Source: Pseudomonadota bacterium
Lineage (GTDB): Bacteria > Pseudomonadota > Gammaproteobacteria > Burkholderiales > Rhodocyclaceae
Direction of reading: 5' to 3'
Length of the DNA: 64,000 nucleotides
Assembly (NCBI GenBank): GCA_018241725.1
Contig: JAFEDI010000129.1
Location: 29,774 to 93,773 of the forward strand
The notes under the pieces are model-generated. The model was not told where the DNA came from. It worked only from the letters and a program-made list of their open reading frames with translations, and did not search any database. A program made the position numbers and the translations under genes. This document shows, in pieces, positions 56,516-64,000 of this stretch (positions are counted from its first letter, which is position 1; the number at the start of each line of letters is the position of its first letter).

Positions 56516-57610
56516 TCAGAAAAGCTGTAACTGCCGCTCATCGGCGGGCCGTGCCGGTGGCCGGAAGGCCGCTGTGTTGAGGCGCCGCCGCGAACGGTTG
56601 AGCCCCAGCCTTTCGACCAGCCGCTGCAGGCGCTGCTTGTAGAGATCGGCGAAGACACCCTGGCCGCGCATGCGGTGGCCGAAGCGCGTGTCGTACAGTT
56701 CACCGCCGCGCAGCTGGCGCAACAGGCTCATCACGTGCCGGGCCCGATCCGGGAAATGGCTGTCCAGCCAGTCGGCGAACAACTCCTTCAATTCGTAGGG
56801 CAGGCGCAGCAGCGCGTAGCCGGCGGTATCGCTGCCGGCCGCGTGGGCTGCTTCGAGCACCGCTTCCATCTCGTGGTCGTTGATGGCCGGGATCAGCGGC
56901 GCAAAGAGCGTGCCGACCGGCACCCCGGCTGCGCGCAGGCGCTCCATCGCCGCCAGGCGCCGGGCAGGCGTCGCTGCGCGGGGCTCCAGCTTGCGGGCCA
57001 GGGCCGGGTCGAGGGTGGTGATCGAGAACATCACGTGCACCAGGTCGTCCCGTGCCATGTCGGCGAGCAGATCCACGTCGCGTTCGATCAGCGCCGACTT
57101 GGTGACGATGGACACCGGGTGCCGCGTCTCGGCGAGGATCTCCAGCAACTGGCGGGTCAGGCCAAGGCGGCGCTCGACCGGCTGCCAGCCGTCGGTGTTG
57201 ATGCCCAGTGCGATCGGCTCGCAGCGGTAGCCGGGGGCAGCCAGCTCGCGGCGCAGCACGGCCGGTGCGTCGGGCTTCCACACAATCTTGGTCTCGAAAT
57301 CCAACCCCGGCGACAGGCCCAGGTAGGCGTGGGTCGGCCGCGCGAAGCAGTATGCGCAACCGTGCTCACAACCTTTGTACGGATTGACCGACTGGTTGAA
57401 GGGCACGTCCGGCGAGCTGTTGCGCGTGATCACCGACTTGGCCTGGTCAAGGATCAGCGTTGTTGCGGGGCTCTTGGACGGGGCCGCGTCGTCGTCGGCA
57501 GCGCTGGCGGAGCCTTCCCAGCCGTCATCGAAACCGTCGCGCCGCCAGGCGGCGAAGCGGTTGTCCGGGTTCAGGCGGCTGCCGCGTCCGCGGGGTGGGG
57601 CAGGCTTCAT
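56516..57610 (-). CDS. PA0069-family radical SAM protein (SplB-like, COG1533)
   Basis: Start ATG 57610 (MKPAPPRGRGSRLNPDNRF...). Cluster motif CEHGCAYC (CxxxCxxC). The ORF-track start 57787 would place the SOS box inside the coding sequence. Confidence 0.85.
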   Translation of the reverse strand: MKPAPPRGRGSRLNPDNRFAAWRRDGFDDGWEGSASAADDDAAPSKSPATTLILDQAKSVITRNSSPDVPFNQSVNPYKGCEHGCAYCFARPTHAYLGLSPGLDFETKIVWKPDAPAVLRRELAAPGYRCEPIALGINTDGWQPVERRLGLTRQLLEILAETRHPVSIVTKSALIERDVDLLADMARDDLVHVMFSITTLDPALARKLEPRAATPARRLAAMERLRAAGVPVGTLFAPLIPAINDHEMEAVLEAAHAAGSDTAGYALLRLPYELKELFADWLDSHFPDRARHVMSLLRQLRGGELYDTRFGHRMRGQGVFADLYKQRLQRLVERLGLNRSRRRLNTAAFRPPARPADERQLQLF

Positions 57611-57620
57611 CAGAATGATT

Positions 57621-57636
57621 GTGTATAAAATTACAG
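57621..57636 (-). promoter_or_regulatory. LexA (SOS) box, CTGT-N8-ACAC on the gene strand
   Basis: The plus strand reads GTGTATAAAATTACAG and the gene strand CTGTAATTTTATACAC. This is one mismatch from the beta/gamma-proteobacterial CTGT-N8-ACAG consensus, with an AT-rich spacer. It lies 11 nt upstream of the radical SAM ATG. Confidence 0.55.
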
Positions 57637-57748
57637 TATATCTAGTCATTCCGATTTTGCCGACCAACGCGTTTACGCCTTTTTTATGTGGGCGGTGCAA
57701 CAATTTGCTCCGTGTTCCCTTCGGGCGTCCCGACCGGCGCCGCGACCC

Positions 57749-59290
57749 ATGCCCGTACCCTTCGGCCGCTTGCTGTTCGAATCGCAATCGGTGCGCTTCC
57801 GTTACCTGCTGGCTGTGCTCGCCTGCATGCTGGCGCTGGGCGTGGCCTTGCTGCTGCGCGATGTGCTCGACCTGGCCAACGCGGTGATGATCTTCCTGCT
57901 GGCTGTCGTGCTGGTGGCCAGCCGCCTTGGGCGTGGGCCGGCGGTGCTCACGTCCTTCGCCAGCGTGGCGCTGTTCGATTTCTTCTTCGTGCCGCCACGC
58001 TTTTCATTGGCGATCAGCCATAGCCAGTATCTGGTGACCTTCGTGGTGATGCTGGCGGTGTCGTTGCTGATCGGCCAGCTGACCGCCGGCCAGCGCCGCC
58101 AGGCCTATGACGCGGGCCGCCGGGAGCGCATCGTCCGTGCGCTGTATGACCTCGCCAAGCGTCTGGCCGGCGTGCGCCAGCCCGGCGAGGTGGACCGGGC
58201 GCTGCGGGACTTCATCGGCAAACAGCTGGGGGCGGGCGCGTGGCTGCTATTGCCCGATGGCGACGGTGCCCCGCAGGCGGAAAGCCTCGCAGCCGGCACG
58301 CTCGGCACGCTGGACATGCAGATCGGCCGCATGGTGCTCGACAGCGGCCGCGTCATCGAGTCGGGGGCGTCCGAGCGGCCTGGCCGGCGCCGCCATTTCC
58401 TGCCGCTGGCCGGGGCCGGCGAGGTGTGCGGCGTGCTGATCGTCTCGCTGGCCGAGGACGCGATCGACGAGCTGCCGCTACTGGAGGCCCTCACCTCGCT
58501 GGCAGCGACGGCGGTGGAGCGCCTGCACTTTGTTGCAGCCGCCCAGTCGGCGCAGCTGGAGGCGGAGTCCGAGCGGCTGCGCAGCTCCATCCTGTCGGCC
58601 CTGTCCCACGACGTGCGCACGCCGCTGACCGCCCTCTACGGCATGGCCGATTCCCTGGCACTGCTGCGCCAGCCCTTGCCGGATGAGGCGCGCGAACTGG
58701 CGGCGGCGATCCGCGAGCAAGCCCTGCGCGTAAACGGCATGGTGGACAAGCTGCTCGACATGGCCCGCCTGCAGAGCGGCCGCGTCAGCCTGCGCAAGGA
58801 CTGGCAGTCCATCGAGGAAGTGGTCGGCTCCAGCCTGCAACTGCTGGGCCCGGCGATGGCCCGCCATCCGGTGCGCACCAGTGGCCTCGGCGAGCTGCCG
58901 CTGGTGCAGTTCGACGCGGTGCTGCTGGAGCGGGTCTTCTGCAACCTGTTCGAGAACGCGGCCAAGTACGCGCCGCCGGATACGCCGGTCCATGTCAGCG
59001 CCCGTGCCGGCGCCGACCTGCTCGAAGTGCAGGTCAGGAGCGGCGGCGACGGCTTCCCGCCGGACCGCCTGGAGCGGGTCTTCGAGCCGTTCGAGCGCGG
59101 CGGCAGCGAAGGGCCGGTGGCCGGCATGGGGCTCGGCCTGGCCATCTGCCGCAGCATCGTCGAAGCCCACGGTGGCACCATCCGCGCCTTCAATCCACCT
59201 GCGGGTGGCGGCTGCGTGGCCTTCACGCTGCCCCTCGGCACGCCGCCGGCCATTGATGTCGAAGCGCTGGAATCAGGAGTGTTGCCATGA
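57749..59290 (+). CDS. KdpD-type sensor histidine kinase lacking the N-terminal KdpD/Usp sensor domains (DUF4118-GAF-HisKA-HATPase)
   Basis: About 513 aa from ATG 57749. It begins directly with the KdpD-like TM block (ANAVMIFLLAVVLVASRLGRGPAVLTSFASVALFDFFFVPPRFSLAI). H-box LSALSHDVRTPLTAL. ATP-lid GMGLGLAICRSIVEAHGG. Confidence 0.8.
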   Translation: MPVPFGRLLFESQSVRFRYLLAVLACMLALGVALLLRDVLDLANAVMIFLLAVVLVASRLGRGPAVLTSFASVALFDFFFVPPRFSLAISHSQYLVTFVVMLAVSLLIGQLTAGQRRQAYDAGRRERIVRALYDLAKRLAGVRQPGEVDRALRDFIGKQLGAGAWLLLPDGDGAPQAESLAAGTLGTLDMQIGRMVLDSGRVIESGASERPGRRRHFLPLAGAGEVCGVLIVSLAEDAIDELPLLEALTSLAATAVERLHFVAAAQSAQLEAESERLRSSILSALSHDVRTPLTALYGMADSLALLRQPLPDEARELAAAIREQALRVNGMVDKLLDMARLQSGRVSLRKDWQSIEEVVGSSLQLLGPAMARHPVRTSGLGELPLVQFDAVLLERVFCNLFENAAKYAPPDTPVHVSARAGADLLEVQVRSGGDGFPPDRLERVFEPFERGGSEGPVAGMGLGLAICRSIVEAHGGTIRAFNPPAGGGCVAFTLPLGTPPAIDVEALESGVLP

Positions 59291-59973
59291 GCGGTCCGCG
59301 GATCCTTGTTGTCGAGGACGAACGCCAGATCCGTCGCGTCGTGCGCTCGGCGCTGGAGTCCGAGGGCTATCGGGTGCAGGAGGCGGACAACTGCCGCCAG
59401 GCCCTGATCGAGGCTGGCAACGGCCGGCCCGAGCTGGTGATCCTCGACCTCGGCCTGCCGGATACCGACGGTGCCCACTTCGTGCAGGACTTCCGCAGCT
59501 GGTCGTCGGCGCCGGTGCTGGTGCTGTCGGCCCGCTCCACCGAGCACGACAAGATCGACGTACTCGACGCCGGCGCCGACGACTATCTGACCAAGCCCTT
59601 TTCCATCGGTGAGCTACGGGCCCGCGTGCGCGCGCTGCTGCGGCGTGGGCGCACCAATGCGGAGGCCGAGGCGGCACAGGTCGGCTTCGGCGACGTGGAA
59701 GTGGATTTCTCCCGCCGTCTGGTCAGCCGCAGAGGAGAGGCGGTCAAGCTGACGCCCATCGAATACCGCCTGCTCGCCGTGCTGATTGCCCACGCCGGTC
59801 AGGTGATGACCCACCGCCAGCTGCTGCGCGAGGTGTGGGGCACAGCCTCCACCGACAGTAACCATTACCTGCGAATCTATGTCGGGCACCTGCGCCACAA
59901 ACTGGAGAGCGATCCGGCGCAGCCCCGTCATTTTCTGACCGAAACTGGAGTGGGTTACCGCTTCCAGCTCTGA
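59287..59973 (+). CDS. kdpE: OmpR-family response regulator KdpE
   Basis: 228 aa. Collinear with my recollection of E. coli KdpE throughout (ILVVEDE, LDLGLPD, DAGADDYLTKPF, HYLRIYVGHLRHKLESDPAQPRHFLTETGVGYRF). ATGA overlap with the kinase gene. Confidence 0.85.
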   Translation: MSGPRILVVEDERQIRRVVRSALESEGYRVQEADNCRQALIEAGNGRPELVILDLGLPDTDGAHFVQDFRSWSSAPVLVLSARSTEHDKIDVLDAGADDYLTKPFSIGELRARVRALLRRGRTNAEAEAAQVGFGDVEVDFSRRLVSRRGEAVKLTPIEYRLLAVLIAHAGQVMTHRQLLREVWGTASTDSNHYLRIYVGHLRHKLESDPAQPRHFLTETGVGYRFQL

Positions 59974-60011
59974 AACCCGCGGCCACCGCTTCAGTCCTTC
60001 CGGAGTCCTGC

Positions 60012-61886
60012 ATGAGCCAAACCGACAGTCATTCCCGTTCCGGCCTGGTTGGCCTCGCCCTCGCTGCGTTGGGCGTGGTCTATGGCGACATCGGCACCAG
60101 TCCGCTGTATGCCTTCAAGGAAGCCTTCACCGGCCCCCACGGTATCGACCCCTCCGAGGTCAATGTGCTGGCCGCGCTGTCGGCCTTCTTCTGGGCCGGC
60201 CTGCTGATCGTCTCGATCAAGTACGTGTGGGTCGTGTTGCGCTTCGACAACGAAGGGGAGGGGGGCGTGCTGGCCCTTACCGCGCTGGCCCAGCGGGCCT
60301 CCCACCGGCCGCGTTGGGCGATGATCGCGGTAGGCTGCGGCATCTTCGCCGCCGCGCTGTTCTACGGCGACGCCATCATTACCCCGGCCATCTCGGTGCT
60401 GTCGGCGGTGGAGGGTCTCAGTGTCGCCACCCCGCAGTTCGAGCACTACGTGGTGCCGATCACCGTCGGCATCCTGGTCGGCCTGTTCATGATCCAGAAG
60501 CACGGCACCGGCCGGGTCGGACAATTCTTCGGGCCGATCACCGTGGTGTGGTTCCTGGCCCTCGGCGCCCTCGGCGTCGGCAGCATCCTGCAGACCCCCG
60601 AGGTGCTGCGCGCCATCGATCCGCGCTACGCCCTCCAGTTCGCCATCGAGCGGCCTCACACCGCCTTCATCCTGCTGTCGGCGGTGTTCCTGTCGCTGAC
60701 CGGCGGCGAGGCCTTGTACGCCGACATGGGCCACTTTGGCGCGCGGCCGGTGCGCCTCGCCTGGTATGGCCTGGTGTGGCCGTCGCTGGTGCTCAACTAC
60801 TTCGGCCAGGGAGCCCTGGTGCTGCGTTCGCCGGTGGCCATCGAGAACCCCTTCTACCTGCTCGCACCGGACTGGTTCCTGCTGCCGCTCGTCGGCCTCG
60901 CCACCATTGCGACGGTGATCGCCTCCCAGGCCACCATCACCGGCGCCTATTCCATGACCCTCCAGGCCGGCCGCCTGGGCTACCTGCCGCGCCTGCGCAT
61001 CCTGCACACCTCCGACACCGAGAAGGGCCAGATCTACATCCCCAGCGTCAATTGGCTGATGCTGGTGGCGGTCATCGTGCTGGTGCTGCAGTTCCGCTCC
61101 TCCGGTGCGCTGGCGGCGGCCTATGGCATCGCCGTGTCGGGCACCATGATCATCACCACGCTGCTTACCGCCTTCATCCTGCTGATGGCCGAGGGCCGCG
61201 TCCGCGTCGGCCTGCTCGCCGCGCTGGCGCTGTTTGGTTTCTTGGAGCTCCTGTTCTTCAGCTCCAACCTCACCAAGCTTGGCGAGGGCGGCTGGCTGCC
61301 GATGGCCCTCGGCGCGACGATCTTCCTGCTGCTCACCACCTGGAAGGAGGGCAGCCTGCTGCTCGCCAACCAGCGCTGCAAGATCGACGTGCCGATGGCC
61401 GGCTTCGTGCGCGGCCCGCTGCCCGACGTGCCGCGGGTCTTCGGCACCGCCGTGTATCTCACGTCGGAACCGAGCCTGGTGCCCAGCGCGCTGTTCCACA
61501 ACCTCAAGCACTACAAGGTGATGCACGAGCGCATCATCTTCCTGCACGTGGTCAATGAAGGTATCCCGCGGGTAGACGATGCCGAGCGGGTGGCCGTCAC
61601 CCAGCTGGCGCCGGGCCTCTACAACGTCGATGCGCGTTTCGGCTTCCGCGAGGAGCCCGACCTCCCCGCTGCGCTGGCCCTTGCCGCCAAATACGGTCTC
61701 GAACTGGAGGAGATGACCACCACCTACTTCGTCGCCCGCGCCCGCATCGTCGATGGCCCGGGGGCCATGCCGCGTTGGCGCTGCGGCCTGTTCGCCTGGA
61801 TGATGCGCCAGTCGGAAGGGGCAGCCAGCTACTTCAAGCTGCCGGCCAACCAGGTTGTGGAACTGGGCACCCAGGTCATGCTGTAA
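60012..61886 (+). CDS. kup: KUP/HAK/KT-family potassium transporter
   Basis: 624 aa with N-terminal signature ALGVVYGDIGTSPLYAF and the EGEGGVLAL motif. Confidence 0.95.
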   Translation: MSQTDSHSRSGLVGLALAALGVVYGDIGTSPLYAFKEAFTGPHGIDPSEVNVLAALSAFFWAGLLIVSIKYVWVVLRFDNEGEGGVLALTALAQRASHRPRWAMIAVGCGIFAAALFYGDAIITPAISVLSAVEGLSVATPQFEHYVVPITVGILVGLFMIQKHGTGRVGQFFGPITVVWFLALGALGVGSILQTPEVLRAIDPRYALQFAIERPHTAFILLSAVFLSLTGGEALYADMGHFGARPVRLAWYGLVWPSLVLNYFGQGALVLRSPVAIENPFYLLAPDWFLLPLVGLATIATVIASQATITGAYSMTLQAGRLGYLPRLRILHTSDTEKGQIYIPSVNWLMLVAVIVLVLQFRSSGALAAAYGIAVSGTMIITTLLTAFILLMAEGRVRVGLLAALALFGFLELLFFSSNLTKLGEGGWLPMALGATIFLLLTTWKEGSLLLANQRCKIDVPMAGFVRGPLPDVPRVFGTAVYLTSEPSLVPSALFHNLKHYKVMHERIIFLHVVNEGIPRVDDAERVAVTQLAPGLYNVDARFGFREEPDLPAALALAAKYGLELEEMTTTYFVARARIVDGPGAMPRWRCGLFAWMMRQSEGAASYFKLPANQVVELGTQVML

Positions 61887-61959
61887 GGCCGCCATGGCTT
61901 CCGGGCGGGTGCATCGGCTAGAATCGACGGTTCATATCAAGCAGCCGACAGGATTCACC

Positions 61960-63042
61960 ATGCATTCCGCCTCGAAAGCCCATATCGACGACGTCCGGAT
62001 CAAGGAGATCAAGGAACTCGCCCCGCCCGCCCATGTGCTGCGGGAATTCCCCGCTTCGCCGAAGGCTGCGGAAACGGCCTTTGAGGCGCGCAGCGCGATC
62101 CACCGCATCCTGTTCGGCGCCGACGACCGCCTGCTGGTCGTCATCGGCCCCTGTTCGATCCACGACACCGATGCGGCGATGGAATACGCCCGCCGCCTGC
62201 AGGCCGAGGCCGAGCGCCTCAAGAACGACCTGCTGGTGGTGATGCGCGTCTATTTCGAGAAGCCCCGCACCACCGTGGGCTGGAAGGGTCTCATCAACGA
62301 CCCGCAGCTCGACGGCAGTTTCCGCATCAACGACGGCCTGCGCCTTGCCCGCAAGCTGCTGTCCGACGTGAACGACCTCGGCCTGCCGGCCGCCACCGAG
62401 TTCCTCGACATGATCACGCCGCAATACGTGGCCGACCTCATCGCCTGGGGCGCCATCGGCGCACGCACCACCGAGAGCCAGGTGCACCGCGAGCTGGCCT
62501 CCGGCCTGTCCTGCCCGGTGGGCTTCAAGAACGGCACCGACGGCAACATCCGCATCGCCGTGGACGCCATCAAGGCCGCCCAGTCGCCGCACCACTTCCT
62601 GTCCGTCACCAAGGCCGGCCACTCCGCCATCGTCAGCACCACCGGCAACGAGGACTGCCACCTGATCCTGCGCGGCGGCAAGGGCCCCAACTACGACGCC
62701 GCCAGCGTCGACGCCGCCTGCAAGGAACTGGCCGCCTCCGGCGTCACCGGCAAGCTGATGATCGACTTCTCCCACGCCAACAGCAGCAAGCAGCACAAGC
62801 GCCAGGTGGACGTGGCCCGCGACGTGGGTGGCCAGATGGCCGCCGGCGACGACCGCATCATCGGCGTGATGGTCGAGTCCCATCTCAAGGAAGGCCGTCA
62901 GGACCTCAAGCCCGGTGTCGAGCTGGAATACGGCAAGAGCATCACCGACGCCTGCATCGGCTGGGAAGACAGCCTCATCGTCCTCGATGTACTGGCCGAC
63001 GCCGTGCGCCAGCGTCGTGTGCAGCGCGCCGTGCCCGAATAA
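61960..63042 (+). CDS. class I 3-deoxy-7-phosphoheptulonate (DAHP) synthase
   Basis: Start ATG 61960 (MHSASKAHIDDVRIKEIKEL). Motifs GPCSIHD, FEKPRTTVGWKGLINDP, DFSHANS. The feedback isozyme (aroG/F/H) cannot be decided by eye. Confidence 0.95.
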   Translation: MHSASKAHIDDVRIKEIKELAPPAHVLREFPASPKAAETAFEARSAIHRILFGADDRLLVVIGPCSIHDTDAAMEYARRLQAEAERLKNDLLVVMRVYFEKPRTTVGWKGLINDPQLDGSFRINDGLRLARKLLSDVNDLGLPAATEFLDMITPQYVADLIAWGAIGARTTESQVHRELASGLSCPVGFKNGTDGNIRIAVDAIKAAQSPHHFLSVTKAGHSAIVSTTGNEDCHLILRGGKGPNYDAASVDAACKELAASGVTGKLMIDFSHANSSKQHKRQVDVARDVGGQMAAGDDRIIGVMVESHLKEGRQDLKPGVELEYGKSITDACIGWEDSLIVLDVLADAVRQRRVQRAVPE

Positions 63043-63066
63043 GTCCTGTTCTGACCGCACTTTCCG

Positions 63067-63095
63067 ACGGCGCCGCGAGGCGCCGTTTCTTTTTT
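63067..63095 (+). terminator. intrinsic terminator after the DAHP synthase gene
   Basis: ACGGCGCC-GCGA-GGCGCCGT followed by TTCTTTTTT. Confidence 0.7.
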
Positions 63096-63289
63096 GCATG
63101 CCGCACACTTTGTCGGGAATCTTTACACCGCCCGAGCAGCACCCCCGCCAGACCGTCGGCGCAGCGCATCAACGGCTTAGGAATCAAGCAATTAAAACTC
63201 ACTGCCCGGATTGGTAGGTTAATTGCTAAACCCCTCGCAGACGACGGTCCGCATCGAAACCGGCCACTGGCCTGGTCTTTCTCGCGAGT

Positions 63290-63856
63290 GTGAATGCCGT
63301 GCGCTTCCTGCTGCTGCTCATCGTGCTGTTGCTGGCTTCGCCGCTGTCCGGGTGCGGTGGCGGTACGTCGCCCGATCAGCGCGACAGCGAGCAGGCCCTC
63401 CGCAAGGTCGCCGTCGCCGATCTGCCGGCCCTGTCCGATTGTCTCGGGCGCATCAGCAAGCACCTCAATACCGCCGGTGGCCAGGAACAGCTGGGTATTT
63501 CCTGCGCGGTGGGTACCTATGTCGGCCGCAGCACCAGCGGCTACGACTGTTCCCTCAAGGTGGATGTGGAGCCCGCCGAGCTGCGCCTCACCATCCAGGA
63601 CAGGGAAATCTCCATCCCCCTCGGCGCGACTGCCTACAGCGCCGACGGTCGCCCGCACATGAACGTGGAAGACGCCAGCCTGCCTGGCCAGCCCGGCTTT
63701 CAAGCCGTGCGCTATGTGGCCGGCAGTGCCGACGAGGCGCTCACCGAATCCCTGACCTTGCGGCTCGGCAATGGCACGCCGCGCCTGCCATCGATGATTT
63801 ACCAAAGCGTAAGGAACAACAAAGCCCAGAACACCGTATGCAATTTCGGCCGCTGA
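63290..63856 (+). CDS. hypothetical lipoprotein
   Basis: 188 aa from GTG 63290. Signal peptide plus lipobox (LLLASPLSGCGGG). I recognise no family. Confidence 0.5.
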   Translation: MNAVRFLLLLIVLLLASPLSGCGGGTSPDQRDSEQALRKVAVADLPALSDCLGRISKHLNTAGGQEQLGISCAVGTYVGRSTSGYDCSLKVDVEPAELRLTIQDREISIPLGATAYSADGRPHMNVEDASLPGQPGFQAVRYVAGSADEALTESLTLRLGNGTPRLPSMIYQSVRNNKAQNTVCNFGR

Positions 63857-63907
63857 CGGTCGATCGCCACCGCCGGTTGCCAAGCTGAATCCAGCCAAGG
63901 AGGGAAT

Positions 63908-64000
63908 ATGCGTCTGAATTCGTCATCTCCATGCTTGCCCCGTCTCCTGCGTGGCGTCGCCCTTGCGATGGCCGTCAGCATCAGTGCCCCGGCGCTTGCC
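63908..64000 (+). CDS. secreted protein, N-terminal 31 codons only (continues beyond window)
   Basis: ATG 63908 preceded by a strong SD (AAGGAGG). MRLNSSSPCLPRLLRGVALAMAVSISAPALA looks like a Sec signal peptide. Confidence 0.4.
   Translation, partial: MRLNSSSPCLPRLLRGVALAMAVSISAPALA

Noticed and set aside
59991-63108. 634-aa and 396-aa minus-strand ORFs
   Set aside because: They are antisense to kup and the DAHP synthase gene, both of which have unmistakable signatures.
1-64000. CRISPR arrays, tRNA, rRNA, prophage or integron structures
   Set aside because: I scanned all intergenic gaps by eye. No spaced direct-repeat arrays, no cloverleaf-capable ~75-nt segments, no rRNA-like stretches, and no integrase or att-like features. 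The only mobile-DNA trace is the transposase remnant.

Overview
High-GC proteobacterial chromosomal segment. Gene content and order look betaproteobacterial (Rhodocyclales/Burkholderiales-like), which is inference only. I call about 55 protein-coding genes and saw no rRNA, tRNA or CRISPR array. Most of the window is core housekeeping: mtgA-aroE; a type IV pilus chemosensory (Pil-Chp) cluster rubredoxin-pilG-pilH-pilI-pilJ-chpA, whose 2011-aa ChpA carries a perfect (EA)14 microsatellite; thiD-thiE-hemL; mgtE; ubiH-pepP; murU-amgK divergent from lptD-surA-pdxA-[patatin]-rsmA; xthA-crp; MFS/LysR; prlC; purC; recQ; glnE; yhdP-CN hydrolase-tldD; a PA0069-type radical SAM gene preceded by an SOS box; an N-terminally short kdpD with kdpE and kup; and a DAHP synthase. 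The only clearly accessory stretch is about 40.3-46.1 kb. It holds a DUF3422 gene pair, an IS1182/IS5-type transposase remnant abutting the recQ stop, a lower-GC two-gene islet upstream of recQ, and a decayed gene fragment next to glnE. The islet encodes a zinc-ribbon + PD-(D/E)xK (Card1/NERD-like) nuclease candidate and a small acidic Cys/His protein. It is my best candidate for an undescribed system. All product calls rest on motif recognition in the supplied translations and my own reading of the DNA; no database search or structure prediction was possible.
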